This document shows, one piece after another, positions 10,081-19,788 of a DNA stretch of 64,000 nucleotides. The number at the start of each line of letters is the position of its first letter. Position 1 is the first letter of the stretch. Origin of the DNA: an uncultured delta proteobacterium (GTDB lineage Bacteria; Desulfobacterota; RBG-13-43-22); NCBI GenBank assembly GCA_963802945.1, contig CAWDKY010000024.1:1-64000 (forward strand), read 5' to 3'. Position numbers and translations under genes: made by a program. The notes beneath the pieces were generated by a model. It saw only the letters and a program-made list of their open reading frames with translations. It was not told the origin of the DNA and searched no databases.

Positions 10081-11265
10081 TTATCCTTTCTTTGAAAGGC
10101 CTAAACCCATTCTGGCCACTGTGTCTTTCATGACCTCGACTGTTCCACCGGCTATGGTGTGTCCCCTACAGACAAGATACCATTTTTCGATCAGCCCTTT
10201 AAAAGGCGCTGATTTTGAACCCTCTTCAAGCTGGCCATCGAGTCCGAATATTTCCAAGCCCAAATCCATTAACCGCTGGCCCATCTCATCGGCAAAGGTT
10301 TTTCCCAGTGCCGTTTCATGCCGGATGGGAATTTTTTGGTCCAGCATCCAGGCCATACGGTAATAGGCCAGCCGGCAGGTCTCAATTTCAATTGCTGTTT
10401 GGGCCAGCTTTTGCCTGATGACCGTGTCTTGATAAAGGGGCCTGCCGTTTCGGGAATTGTTTTTGCAATAGTCGATCAAATCATCCAAAACCCGTTTGCA
10501 GGCAGCGGGTTTCTGGTATCTGGCCCAGAATCTGTCCATCTCCAATCCTTTGAGCATTTGGAAAAAACCTTCATTTTTTTTGCCCAGCAAAAATTCCTTG
10601 GGGATTTCGACATTGTCAAAATAAACATGATTATGATAATTTTCCCCGACCAGGTTGATGATCGGTTCAATGGTAATCCCGGGAAGTTTCCGATCGACGA
10701 TAAACATACTCAATCCTCTGTGCCGAGGGACATTCGGATCGGTTCTGGTGATCAGGTATCCGTAATCGGACAGGTGTGCTTTACTGCTCCATATCTTTTG
10801 GCCGTTAACGACAAAAACATCGCCTCTATCTTCAGCCTTGGTTTGCAGAGCCAAAAGATCGGACCCGGCATTGGGCTCGCTGAGAGCCAGCCAAAAAACA
10901 ATGCTCCCCTTGGCGATTTTAGGCAAAATCTCTTCTCTCAAATAATTATTTCCATGGCTTATAATATGGTTGGACATCCCGTCCAGCATGAGGTTAAAGG
11001 CGCTCGGGGCCCGGCAGTAAGCCAGTTCTTCAGCTACAACCATTTTGTCCAGGATGGTTCTTCCCCGTCCCCCCCACTCTTTTGGCCAGGTTAGACTTAG
11101 CCATCCAGCCTCTCCCATCTTTCTGGTATATTCATAGGAGTAGGCACCATTACCCCAGAAATCGTCTGCGGCTTGCACGGGGAATTCTTCGGGGGGATAA
11201 TCCTTGATGAACTGGCGGATCTCCTGGCGGAGATCTTCTGTTTCCCTGCTGAATGAAAAATCCAT
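10081..11265 (-). CDS. Acyl-CoA dehydrogenase
   Basis: SEPNAGSDL, VNGQKIWSS, TIAGGTVEV. Confidence 0.92.
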   Translation of the reverse strand: MDFSFSRETEDLRQEIRQFIKDYPPEEFPVQAADDFWGNGAYSYEYTRKMGEAGWLSLTWPKEWGGRGRTILDKMVVAEELAYCRAPSAFNLMLDGMSNHIISHGNNYLREEILPKIAKGSIVFWLALSEPNAGSDLLALQTKAEDRGDVFVVNGQKIWSSKAHLSDYGYLITRTDPNVPRHRGLSMFIVDRKLPGITIEPIINLVGENYHNHVYFDNVEIPKEFLLGKKNEGFFQMLKGLEMDRFWARYQKPAACKRVLDDLIDYCKNNSRNGRPLYQDTVIRQKLAQTAIEIETCRLAYYRMAWMLDQKIPIRHETALGKTFADEMGQRLMDLGLEIFGLDGQLEEGSKSAPFKGLIEKWYLVCRGHTIAGGTVEVMKDTVARMGLGLSKKG

Positions 11266-11353
11266 AATAGGACTCCTTCTTATTTCTTTTTAAAATGATG
11301 GATTATAGACGCGACCTCAGCCGACGAATCTTGGCCTCAGGTGAGGATATCTC

Positions 11354-12160
11354 TTAGAATCCTTTAAACTGCGGTTTTCTTTTCTCCACCCAGGCTTTGG
11401 TTGCCTCTTTATGATCGGCCGTATTAAAGGTAAGCATTTCCAGGCCGAGAGAAGCATCCAGGATTAAATTGACCTGGTTGCTTAAAAATTTGTTTACAGC
11501 CACCTTGGTGTAGCGAATGGCCCAGGTCGGCCCATCGGCAAGTTCCTGGGCCAGCTCCCTAGCCTTGGGTAGGACTTCGTTCAGCGGGACAGCATGATTC
11601 ACCAGGCCTATCCGCTCGGCCTCAACCGCATTGATCAGCTTTCCGGTCATGAGAAACTCCTTGGCCCGGGAAACACCGATCAGCGCCGGCCATATAATTG
11701 CTCCTCCATCCCCGGCAACGATGCCGACCTTTACGTGGGGGTCACCGAAACGAGCCTTTTCCGCAGCGATCACGATATCACAGAAAAGGGCAATGGTGGC
11801 CCCAAGCCCCACGGCATCTCCGTTGATTGCCCCGATAATCGGCTGTTCGACCATCAACATATTTTGAATCAACCGGCGTGCGTTGCCCACGGTCATAAGG
11901 GAATAGCGTCTGGCTTCGTCAGGATCACTTCTTGAATCCATGCCTTTGACATCACCACCCGCACTAAACGCCTTTCCGGCCCCAGTAAGAATAATGGCGT
12001 TGACGTCAACATCCCGGGCTACATCCATCCAGATGTTCTCAATCTCTCTGTGAAGCTGAGGGTGTATTGAGTTTAGAGAGTCCGGACGATTTAGAGTTAA
12101 TGTAGCCAGTTTGCCTTCTTTTTCAACTTGAATAAATTCATAGCGACTGTAATCGGTCAT
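11354..12160 (-). CDS. Enoyl-CoA hydratase/isomerase (crotonase) family
   Basis: TLNRPD, GAGKAFSAGGD, AINGDAVGLG, AERIGLVN. Confidence 0.93.
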   Translation of the reverse strand: MTDYSRYEFIQVEKEGKLATLTLNRPDSLNSIHPQLHREIENIWMDVARDVDVNAIILTGAGKAFSAGGDVKGMDSRSDPDEARRYSLMTVGNARRLIQNMLMVEQPIIGAINGDAVGLGATIALFCDIVIAAEKARFGDPHVKVGIVAGDGGAIIWPALIGVSRAKEFLMTGKLINAVEAERIGLVNHAVPLNEVLPKARELAQELADGPTWAIRYTKVAVNKFLSNQVNLILDASLGLEMLTFNTADHKEATKAWVEKRKPQFKGF

Positions 12161-12280
12161 GATTTTGATCTCCTTTTCTATTTTTCGGGTTAACCGTTTT
12201 CTTCCGGAAAATATTTCCCTTATGTGGACAGCTTAAGGCAAGGATTTTCAATTGCCCTGTGCCGATGCCATAAAAAATCG

Positions 12281-12323
12281 TGTCAGACAACTACATAGTA
12301 GTGGAGCCCCAAAAACGTGTCAA
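12281..12323 (-). promoter_or_regulatory. Sigma70-type promoter of the crotonase-ACAD-GntR-SDR operon with a putative GntR operator
   Basis: Minus strand TTGACA (12323-12318)-N17-TACTAT (12300-12295); palindrome TGTCAGACA at 12281-12289 near the predicted +1. Confidence 0.6.
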
Positions 12324-12468
12324 GATAAATATGAGTATAAATATATATCTTTAATAACTTTACATTTTAGAATAACTTTGGTAGATTGCTTACCAACGAA
12401 ATTTCATAGTAGCCATCGAATTCATTTCCTAAATTTGGATAAGGCCCAAAAAAGGAGGAAAACAAACC

Positions 12469-13239
12469 ATGACCACATTAGACAAATTTAAACTTACGGG
12501 CCACGTGGCTATCGTCACCGGCGGCGGCCAAGGAATCGGCAAAGAAATCGCCAGGGCTTTCGCCGAAGCCGGCGCCAAAATCCTTGTCTCGGATATGATT
12601 GAAGAGACCGTTCAGGCAACTGCTCATGAATTGCGCAACCAATGTGGAGAAGTCCTGGTGAAGGTCACGGATGTACGGAATTCGGGACAAGTGGCCGAAA
12701 TGTTCAAGACGGCTTCGGATCATTTCGGCAAGATCGATATTTTGGTAAACAACGCTGCCGGAAATTTCAAGGCCCCTTTTCTGGAACTCAGCGAAAACGG
12801 TTGGGACGCGGTGGTACGTTCCACCTTGAAAAGTGTCTTTTTGTGCAGCAATGCTGCAGCCAAAATAATGGCCGGGCAAAAATCGGGAAATATCATAAAT
12901 ATTTCTTCCATGGATGCCTTCCGTGCCGCTGTAAGCGCCGTTCCGTATGGCGCCGCAAAGGCTGCTGTCGTCAGTATGACTAAAACGTTAGCGCTGGAGT
13001 TGTCCCCATACAACATTAGGGTCAACAGCATAGCTCCCGGCTACATCGATACCCCCGGGACCGCACAGTGGAGGACGCCTGAGATCGAAGAGCACCGTAA
13101 AAAAAGCATCCCGCTGGGTAGGGCAGGCCAACCCGAAGAAATCGCCACCATCGCTCTTTTTCTGGCCTCTGACGCCTCGAGCTATATAACGGGAGAGACT
13201 ATTCTGGCGGATGGCGGCGTATTGCTTTCGCACCCGTAA
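12469..13239 (+). CDS. SDR oxidoreductase
   Basis: TGGGQGIG, NNAAG, YGAAKA, RVNSIAPG; RBS AGGAGG. Confidence 0.92.
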   Translation: MTTLDKFKLTGHVAIVTGGGQGIGKEIARAFAEAGAKILVSDMIEETVQATAHELRNQCGEVLVKVTDVRNSGQVAEMFKTASDHFGKIDILVNNAAGNFKAPFLELSENGWDAVVRSTLKSVFLCSNAAAKIMAGQKSGNIINISSMDAFRAAVSAVPYGAAKAAVVSMTKTLALELSPYNIRVNSIAPGYIDTPGTAQWRTPEIEEHRKKSIPLGRAGQPEEIATIALFLASDASSYITGETILADGGVLLSHP

Positions 13240-13413
13240 AATCCGCCAATGTCCTAGGATAATTGAAATATGCAAAAAAATGGGACACAGGCCCTTTATT
13301 TTTGACAATACAGGCCGTTTCTTTTAGGGGAAAGGCGTTTTTTTTGAAGTTTGAATTTTTCTCATATCCTTTTTACAATTTTATCTATCAAAAACAGAAA
13401 GGGAAAAAACAAA

Positions 13414-13806
13414 ATGATGAAACCGGCAAAGCGTTCTCTGGATATCGGCCTGATCGCCAGCGACATCAAGGCGAGTCTCCATTTTTATCAGGACCTGTTG
13501 GGGCTGGAGTTTGTGGGAACGATGCCCTTATGGTTCGGGACCATGCATAGGCTCCGTTTCGGCGAAAGCGACTTCAAGCTGATTGAACCCAAGAAAGTGC
13601 CGCCCAGCGGTGCCATAGGCTTGGAAAAACAATTAGGATTTCGTTATGTGACCTTCGTGATAGAGAATCTTTCAGAGCTTTGCGCTGATCTGAAAACAAA
13701 GAATATAGAATTTACGGTCGCTGAAAGAGAGATCAGACCCGGTGTGCGCATAGCCATGGTCAAAGACCCGGACGGAAATATTGTGGAATTCGTAGAACGA
13801 AAATAG
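13414..13806 (+). CDS. VOC/glyoxalase family protein
   Basis: HFYQDLLGL ... KDPDGNIVEFVE. Confidence 0.88.
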   Translation: MMKPAKRSLDIGLIASDIKASLHFYQDLLGLEFVGTMPLWFGTMHRLRFGESDFKLIEPKKVPPSGAIGLEKQLGFRYVTFVIENLSELCADLKTKNIEFTVAEREIRPGVRIAMVKDPDGNIVEFVERK

Positions 13807-13842
13807 ATGGAGACGTCCCCAATACGTCTTCAATAATCCAAG

Positions 13843-14061
13843 CTAAGAACCGAGAAGATCTTTGGTAATTGCTTTAGCTTCTTCCAAAAGGGTTTCTTCC
13901 ACCATGACCGTTCCCCACCCCTTCTGGGTTACAAACAGCCCGTCATAGGCAGTATCTTTATATTCCCCGACCAGAAAGGGTATCGCAGCCTTTCCCAAAG
14001 CATCAGTCAGGAGATCGGCCTGAAATTGATTGTCCAGGGTGATCAATTTTTTCCAGTTCAC
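13843..14061 (-). CDS. Small DUF2007-like protein
   Basis: LDNQFQADLL..AL...IP...DTAYDGLF..QKGWG pattern; overlaps the upstream stop by 4 bp. Confidence 0.65.
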   Translation of the reverse strand: MNWKKLITLDNQFQADLLTDALGKAAIPFLVGEYKDTAYDGLFVTQKGWGTVMVEETLLEEAKAITKDLLGS

Positions 14062-14714
14062 AAAACCTCCTTTGTTTTAGTTAATTGAACCCCCATTTCA
14101 AAAACCTTTTGGCAATCCTGGGGGAACACCTCTTCCCGTCTCTTGGCCTTCTTGGCCCCGTCAAACCGGGTGGCCTCCACCTTGGAATAATCGTCAAACT
14201 GATAAGTGTCATAGCAATAAAAGGATTCCAGAGGGCCGTAGGCCATTTTCAAGGCCCTTTCATTAAAACGAAGATGCTTGTCAACGCCAAGCGCCTGGAC
14301 CCATTCCGGGGTGGCGTTCATGGTATAAACAACCCCTACATTGATTCTTTTCGGGAAAAGGGAAACCGGGGGATCGGTATAAGTCATAACAGGAAAGATC
14401 AATCGTTCCATAAAAGATCGCATCTCTCCGGAAACCGTTCCTAAATAGATCGGAGAGCCCAGGATGAAGGCATCACACTCTTCCACCTTTTTCAGGATCG
14501 GTGTCAGGTCATCCCGGGCGGCACATTTTCCATAACTTCGGCTGCCTTTGGTTTTGCAGGAAAAGCAACTCAGGCATCCTCGAAAATTAAGATCATATAG
14601 GTGAATAAGTTCCGTATCCGCACCCTGTGAGGCAGCGCCTTCCAAGGCCTTGTTCAGCAGAGTGGCCGTATTCCATTTTTTTCTTGGACTTCCATTAAAA
14701 GCGATGACCTTCAT
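14058..14714 (-). CDS. Flavodoxin-family / iron-sulfur flavoprotein (FMN reductase-like)
   Basis: NGSPRKKWNT, CxxCxxC..C, ILGSPIY. Confidence 0.88.
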   Translation of the reverse strand: MKVIAFNGSPRKKWNTATLLNKALEGAASQGADTELIHLYDLNFRGCLSCFSCKTKGSRSYGKCAARDDLTPILKKVEECDAFILGSPIYLGTVSGEMRSFMERLIFPVMTYTDPPVSLFPKRINVGVVYTMNATPEWVQALGVDKHLRFNERALKMAYGPLESFYCYDTYQFDDYSKVEATRFDGAKKAKRREEVFPQDCQKVFEMGVQLTKTKEVL

Positions 14715-14811
14715 CCGTTTATTTCTCCTTTGTTTATTTTCGGTCGATAACCGGATTTTTTTAACACGGGCGAAACAGTACTCCCTAACCCCATAAAGCC
14801 CGTTTTTCCCC

Positions 14812-14841
14812 TTGACTCCAATTTACCCCCCATTTTATACT
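14812..14841 (+). promoter_or_regulatory. Putative sigma70 promoter
   Basis: TTGACT-N18-TATACT about 80 bp before ATG 14923. Confidence 0.5.
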
Positions 14842-14922
14842 TCTTTCATCTGAAAAGAAATACTGATCAAACCATAGCCTGAAATAACAGCGGACCTGCT
14901 TAAGTTTGGAAAGGAACTTACA

Positions 14923-16377
14923 ATGGCCTGGGACGCAAGATTAGAGAGGGCCTTTCATCCAAAAACAATAGCAGTTGTCGGCGTATCGTCTGATGCGAAG
15001 CGCGGGGCGCCTTGGGCTCCGGGTGGTCAGGCTTTTATCACCAGTCATGAGCAGCTTGGTTTTAAAGGGCGGATATACCCGGTCAATCCAAAGGCAACAG
15101 AAATATTGGGATACAAGGCCCACCCTACGATTTCATCCATTCCCGAGCCTGTCGACCTGGTTATTACTGCTGTGCCGGCCCGGACACTTCCCGCTGTCCT
15201 TGAGGATTGTATCAAAGCCGATGCTAAAAACATTCATGCCTTTACTGCCGGTTTTGAGGAAACCGGAGAGGAAGAAGGCATCGCGTTGGGCCGGAAGGTC
15301 CGGGAGATTGCCGAACGAGGCGGGCTGCGACTTATCGGGCCCAATTGCATGGGTTTGTATGTGCCGTCATCAGGGATCGGAACCTTTGACCAATTGCCCA
15401 AAAAGAGCGGTCCGGTGTGCTTTCTCTCTCAAAGCGGCGGGCATTGTAACTGGTATGCCCACTATGGACCGAACTACGGCGTGAACTTCAGTAAGGTCAT
15501 CAGCTTTGGCAATGCTTATGTCTTGGACAGCACGGATTTTCTGGAATATTTGGACACGGATTCGGATACGAAAATAATCTGCATGTACCTGGAGGGTATC
15601 AAGGATGGGGGCAAGCTGCTGCGTCAAGTGCGGGAAATCAACAAGGTCAAACCGATCATTATCTGGAAGGCCGGACTTACGGATTATGGTTCAAGGGCCG
15701 TTGCCGCCCATACGGCTTCATTGGCCGGTCAAGAGGCAGTCTGGCGAGGGTTCTTTGCTCAAACCGGGGCGGTACCGGTCTTATCTTTGGAAGAGATGGC
15801 GGAAATGGCCATGTCGTTTCTCTATATGAAGCCGCCCAAGGGCAAGAGGGTGGCGGTCTTGGGTCTTGGAGGCGGCACGAGTGTGGCGGCAGCCGACACG
15901 TGCGGTCGGGAAGGGCTGGATGTTCCACCTTTGAGTCAACATACCCAAAATGAACTGAAGAAATTCATTCGCCTGGCCGGGGCAAGTATCCGAAATCCAC
16001 TGGACACCGGTCTTGTTTTTCGCGACGTCTCTACCTTGGCGCGCGAAATGGAGCTGGTCGTCGCTGATCCGGCGATAGATATGCTCATTGTAATGCCGCA
16101 CCTGGATATGGCCCGCCATGTCGGCTTGGAGCAGGTGGACAAACTGGTTGAGTATTTGTCGGATTTCGCTAAAGATAACCCTGCCGGCAAACCCATCGCC
16201 CTGGTATTCCATTCCTTTGCCAATGATCCCTGGGAGAGCGAACTGCGCACCAAACTCAGAGTGGAGCTTCCCAACAAAGGGATCCCTGTTTACGGCACAC
16301 TCGCCGGGGCAAGTCGAGCCTTGGCCAGACTGGCCGGGTATTATCGATTTCAAAATGCTTCGGCCGTGGAAAGATAA
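14923..16377 (+). CDS. NDP-forming acyl-CoA synthetase alpha-type subunit (CoA-binding protein)
   Basis: FHPKTIAVVG, IGPNCMG, SQSGG, YLEG, AHTASLAG (phospho-His), NPLD; no ATP-grasp domain. Confidence 0.88.
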   Translation: MAWDARLERAFHPKTIAVVGVSSDAKRGAPWAPGGQAFITSHEQLGFKGRIYPVNPKATEILGYKAHPTISSIPEPVDLVITAVPARTLPAVLEDCIKADAKNIHAFTAGFEETGEEEGIALGRKVREIAERGGLRLIGPNCMGLYVPSSGIGTFDQLPKKSGPVCFLSQSGGHCNWYAHYGPNYGVNFSKVISFGNAYVLDSTDFLEYLDTDSDTKIICMYLEGIKDGGKLLRQVREINKVKPIIIWKAGLTDYGSRAVAAHTASLAGQEAVWRGFFAQTGAVPVLSLEEMAEMAMSFLYMKPPKGKRVAVLGLGGGTSVAAADTCGREGLDVPPLSQHTQNELKKFIRLAGASIRNPLDTGLVFRDVSTLAREMELVVADPAIDMLIVMPHLDMARHVGLEQVDKLVEYLSDFAKDNPAGKPIALVFHSFANDPWESELRTKLRVELPNKGIPVYGTLAGASRALARLAGYYRFQNASAVER

Positions 16378-16415
16378 GTCCTTGCATTTCCCCTTTCATT
16401 TGGATAAAAAAATAT

Positions 16416-17168
16416 ATGAATAATATAAAAGCTATCGGCTTTGACCTTTTCAATACTTTGATTACTGCCGACTTAGCGGCGCTCAATGAGGCGATGCACC
16501 GTCTGACCGAAAGTCTCGGCCAGAGCGGATTTCAGCTCGAACTGGATTCCTTTAAAAAGGCTTATCGGGAATCGGCCATTCGGTTTATGAACGAAGCTCG
16601 GTTGGAAGGCAAAGAAACCCACAATCGTTTCTGGATAAGCAGTGCCCTGGTCTCTTTGGGGCATGCAGTTACTCCTGAGGATGTTTCCATATCCAAGGCC
16701 GTAGAGTCCTACTTTTCTACCTTTTTTGATTATTGCCGAGTGATTCCCGGAACAGTTGAAATGTTGACCAGGCTTAAGGAGATCTACCGGCTGGGGCTAC
16801 TTTCCAATTTCACACATGCCCCGGCGGTGACTGGTCTTCTTGATAAATTGGAGCTAGCCCCTTTCTTCGATACGGTTCTGGTCTCAGGCGAAATAGGTTA
16901 TCGGAAACCTCATCCTCTGGTTTTTAAGATGCTGGTGAATAACCTGGGATATGAAAATTTTCAGATCGTTTATGTGGGCGACAGTCTGGGCCCCGATGTC
17001 CAGGGGGCCATCAGGGCCGGACTCAAACCTATTTGGATGACCTATGTGCAGGATCACAACCTGCCCGTTATGCCCAGCACCGTTTCTTCGCAGGATGAGG
17101 TCTTGACGAATCAGGTTCCAAGGGTCTCAGATTGGGACGGCCTCCTCTCTCTCCTTGAGGAAACCTGA
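16416..17168 (+). CDS. HAD family hydrolase
   Basis: FDLFNTL, LSN, KPHP and VGDS...D motifs. Confidence 0.88.
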   Translation: MNNIKAIGFDLFNTLITADLAALNEAMHRLTESLGQSGFQLELDSFKKAYRESAIRFMNEARLEGKETHNRFWISSALVSLGHAVTPEDVSISKAVESYFSTFFDYCRVIPGTVEMLTRLKEIYRLGLLSNFTHAPAVTGLLDKLELAPFFDTVLVSGEIGYRKPHPLVFKMLVNNLGYENFQIVYVGDSLGPDVQGAIRAGLKPIWMTYVQDHNLPVMPSTVSSQDEVLTNQVPRVSDWDGLLSLLEET

Positions 17169-17279
17169 TCTTAATCCCCCAGTCGTCAAGGACGGAGGAA
17201 AAGATATCAAATACTATTTCTTTCAAGAAGGTCTTTTTAAGAAATTTGAATTTGGAAAAAGACAATAAAGAGTTTGAAG

Positions 17280-18173
17280 ATGAATGAATATCAGGAAGAG
17301 GGATTGGACTATGAGGGAATGGTCATCCGTCCCCCCAGCGAAGCCTATAGTATATTACTGCAAGTCACCGTAGGTTGCTCTCATAACAAGTGTTCCTTTT
17401 GCGGCACTTACAAGGATAAGCGCTTTCGAATTAAGTCGGATGAAAGAATTTTAAAAGACATTCAATTTGCCTCCCGATACTGCCGAAACCAAAACAAGGT
17501 TTTTCTTATGGATGGGGATGCCCTGATTATCCCCCAAAAACGTCTGGTCTGGATCCTGGAGCGAATCCGGGAACATCTTCCTTGGGTGAAAAGGGTGGGG
17601 GTCTATGCCAATGCCAAGTGTATTCGGATGAAAAGCGATGAGGATTTAAGTCTTCTGAAGGAACTGGGGTTGGGGATTGTCTATCTGGGAGTGGAGACCG
17701 GCCATTCGGAACTGCTTAAAAAGATCTGTAAAGGGACCTCCCGGGAAAATTTGATCCTTCAGGGGAAACGGATCAAAAAGGCCGGCATCAAAATTTCGGT
17801 CACTGTATTATTGGGCCTAGCCGGCCCGGAGCTGTCTTTGGACCACGCCCGGGAAACGGGGAAGTTGTTGACTGAAATGGATCCCGATTTTGTTGGGGCT
17901 TTAACGGTCATGGTCCTGCCGAATACTTTGTTGGGACAAGATTATGCCGAAGGAAAATTTCAGCCTCTTACGGTCACCCAGCTCTTAACCGAATTGGGGG
18001 AAATGGTGGCCGCTACACAGCTTTCACGCGGGCTCTTTTATTCCAACCATGCTTCCAACTACCTGCCCATCAAGGTCAGATACCCTCAAGGCAAAGAACC
18101 AGCCCTGGCCTTGATCCAAAAGGCCATACAAGGCGAGGTGAACTTAAGGCCGGAATGGATGAGGGGTTTATAA
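17280..18173 (+). CDS. Radical SAM protein of unknown function
   Basis: CSHNKCSFC (CxxxCxxC), YEGMVIRPPSEA, SNHASNYL. Confidence 0.88.
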   Translation: MNEYQEEGLDYEGMVIRPPSEAYSILLQVTVGCSHNKCSFCGTYKDKRFRIKSDERILKDIQFASRYCRNQNKVFLMDGDALIIPQKRLVWILERIREHLPWVKRVGVYANAKCIRMKSDEDLSLLKELGLGIVYLGVETGHSELLKKICKGTSRENLILQGKRIKKAGIKISVTVLLGLAGPELSLDHARETGKLLTEMDPDFVGALTVMVLPNTLLGQDYAEGKFQPLTVTQLLTELGEMVAATQLSRGLFYSNHASNYLPIKVRYPQGKEPALALIQKAIQGEVNLRPEWMRGL

Positions 18174-18254
18174 TCAGATAGACAACTATTATTTAATTTC
18201 TTGAAATTCTGGATACTATAATTAGCAAAACCCAATGAAAGGAGAAACAGGAAG

Positions 18255-18533
18255 ATGGCCAACGATCCAGGAATAGGACAAAAAGTGGTGGCCACCATTA
18301 CCGGTGTGAAAGGGAAATGCAATGCCGGACATCGGGTCGGTGAAACCTTTGAAATCAGCTGTCATAATCCCAGTGGATTATGCGGGTACTTCTATCATGA
18401 CCTCTTTCCCAGTCTATCCACTTTCCAGTTCGGAGGTAATCTCCCCTGGTGGCAAGGAGACACCATTCAGGCTCAATGCCCGGATTCTTACAACCTGGTG
18501 ACCATGAAGCTGGAGAGGTCGAAGAGAACCTAG
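18255..18533 (+). CDS. TIGR04076-like small Cys-containing protein
   Basis: KGKCNAGHRVGETF..LC...CPD pattern; RBS AGGAG. Confidence 0.75.
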   Translation: MANDPGIGQKVVATITGVKGKCNAGHRVGETFEISCHNPSGLCGYFYHDLFPSLSTFQFGGNLPWWQGDTIQAQCPDSYNLVTMKLERSKRT

Positions 18534-18664
18534 GGAAGGCTTTCCATCTATTGCAAGGCAAGTGGAAATTCCCGACGTATTGTTTTTAAACCCGCACGCC
18601 CGCTCCCGGCAAGCATCACGAAACATAAAGACAAACCTTAGAACCATGCGATTAAGAGTTTTTA

Positions 18665-18703
18665 TTCTGAATTCTGATTCCTGGATTCTTGACTCTGGAT
18701 TTT
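18665..18703. repeat. Heptamer tandem repeat (TTCTGAA-like x5)
   Basis: ttctgaa ttctgat tcctgga ttcttga ctctgga. Confidence 0.75.
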
Positions 18704-18716
18704 TGTTTTAAAGATC

Positions 18717-19574
18717 ATGTTCAATCCCATTGGTGCCCATATGTCCATTGCCGGAGGCCTGGAAAAGGCTTTTCAGCGAATCCAGGCTGTCGGCGGGGAA
18801 TGTTTCCAGATTTTTGTCAAGCCGAATGTCCAATGGCAGGCCGGGGAATTATCGCTGGAAGAAGTGGTTCGTTATAAGGCTGAACAGAAAAGGACCGGAA
18901 TCGGCCCAGTGGTGGCCCATGCTTCCTATCTGTTAAATCTGGCCTCCCCTGACAGAGAGCAGCGGGATAAGTCCATCCTGACCCTGGCCCTTGAAATGGT
19001 CCGCTCGGCCCGTCTGGGTATCGAATATCTGATTCTACATCCAGGTAGTCACCAGGAAGCCGGAGAAAAGCAAGGGATTAAACGTATCGCCCTGGGGATC
19101 AATCGGGCCTTTAACAGGGCCGAGGTTTCGAACATAAAAATACTGTTGGAGACAACGGCCGGGGCCGGGAGTCAATTAGGGCACAATTTGGAACAGTTAA
19201 GGGACATTCTGGCCTTGTGCCGGAACAATAGGCCATTAGGGATTTGTCTGGATACCTGTCACGTCTATGCCGCCGGGTTTGATATCGTCTCGGCCCGAGG
19301 GTATAGAGATTTTTTTGAATCCTTCCAAAATTTCATCGGCCTGGACCGTCTGAAGGTCATCCATGTCAATGATTCCAAGACCCCTTTAGGATCCAAGGTC
19401 GACCGCCATGAACAGATCGGCCGTGGATTTTTGGGCCTCAAAACCTTTAGGCGCTTACTGACCGATTTGAATCTTAAGGGTATCCCTTTTATCCTGGAAA
19501 CGCCGAAAGGAAAGAAAGAAGGGGAAGATTGGGATGCGATCAATATACGGCTGTTGAAAAGGTTTAGAAAATAA
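18717..19574 (+). CDS. nfo: Endonuclease IV
   Basis: GAHMSIAGG, HASYLLNLAS, LETTAG, CLDTCH, HVNDS, DRHE, ETP. Confidence 0.95.
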   Translation: MFNPIGAHMSIAGGLEKAFQRIQAVGGECFQIFVKPNVQWQAGELSLEEVVRYKAEQKRTGIGPVVAHASYLLNLASPDREQRDKSILTLALEMVRSARLGIEYLILHPGSHQEAGEKQGIKRIALGINRAFNRAEVSNIKILLETTAGAGSQLGHNLEQLRDILALCRNNRPLGICLDTCHVYAAGFDIVSARGYRDFFESFQNFIGLDRLKVIHVNDSKTPLGSKVDRHEQIGRGFLGLKTFRRLLTDLNLKGIPFILETPKGKKEGEDWDAINIRLLKRFRK

Positions 19575-19598
19575 AAAATTTTTTTCTATCCTCTTTGA

Positions 19599-19743
19599 AA
19601 TCAGAATTCAGAAGCCGATATTTAGAATGAATAAGGTATTCGCCTTCTGGTCTGGGTCACAAAGATAACCCCCAGAAATGGTCTTTTCATCCCGGCTTCC
19701 GACTTCTGGATTCTGAATTCTTTGAATCGGATCCTTGAATCCC
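19599..19743. repeat. Fold-back heptamer/octamer repeat between convergent genes
   Basis: aatcagaattcagaagcc ... ggcttccgacttctggattctgaattc ... ccttgaatcc. Confidence 0.7.
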
Positions 19744-19788
19744 ACGATTATCCCTTCTTTTAAGAGGGGAGAGTGTGAGAAGTTTGGG

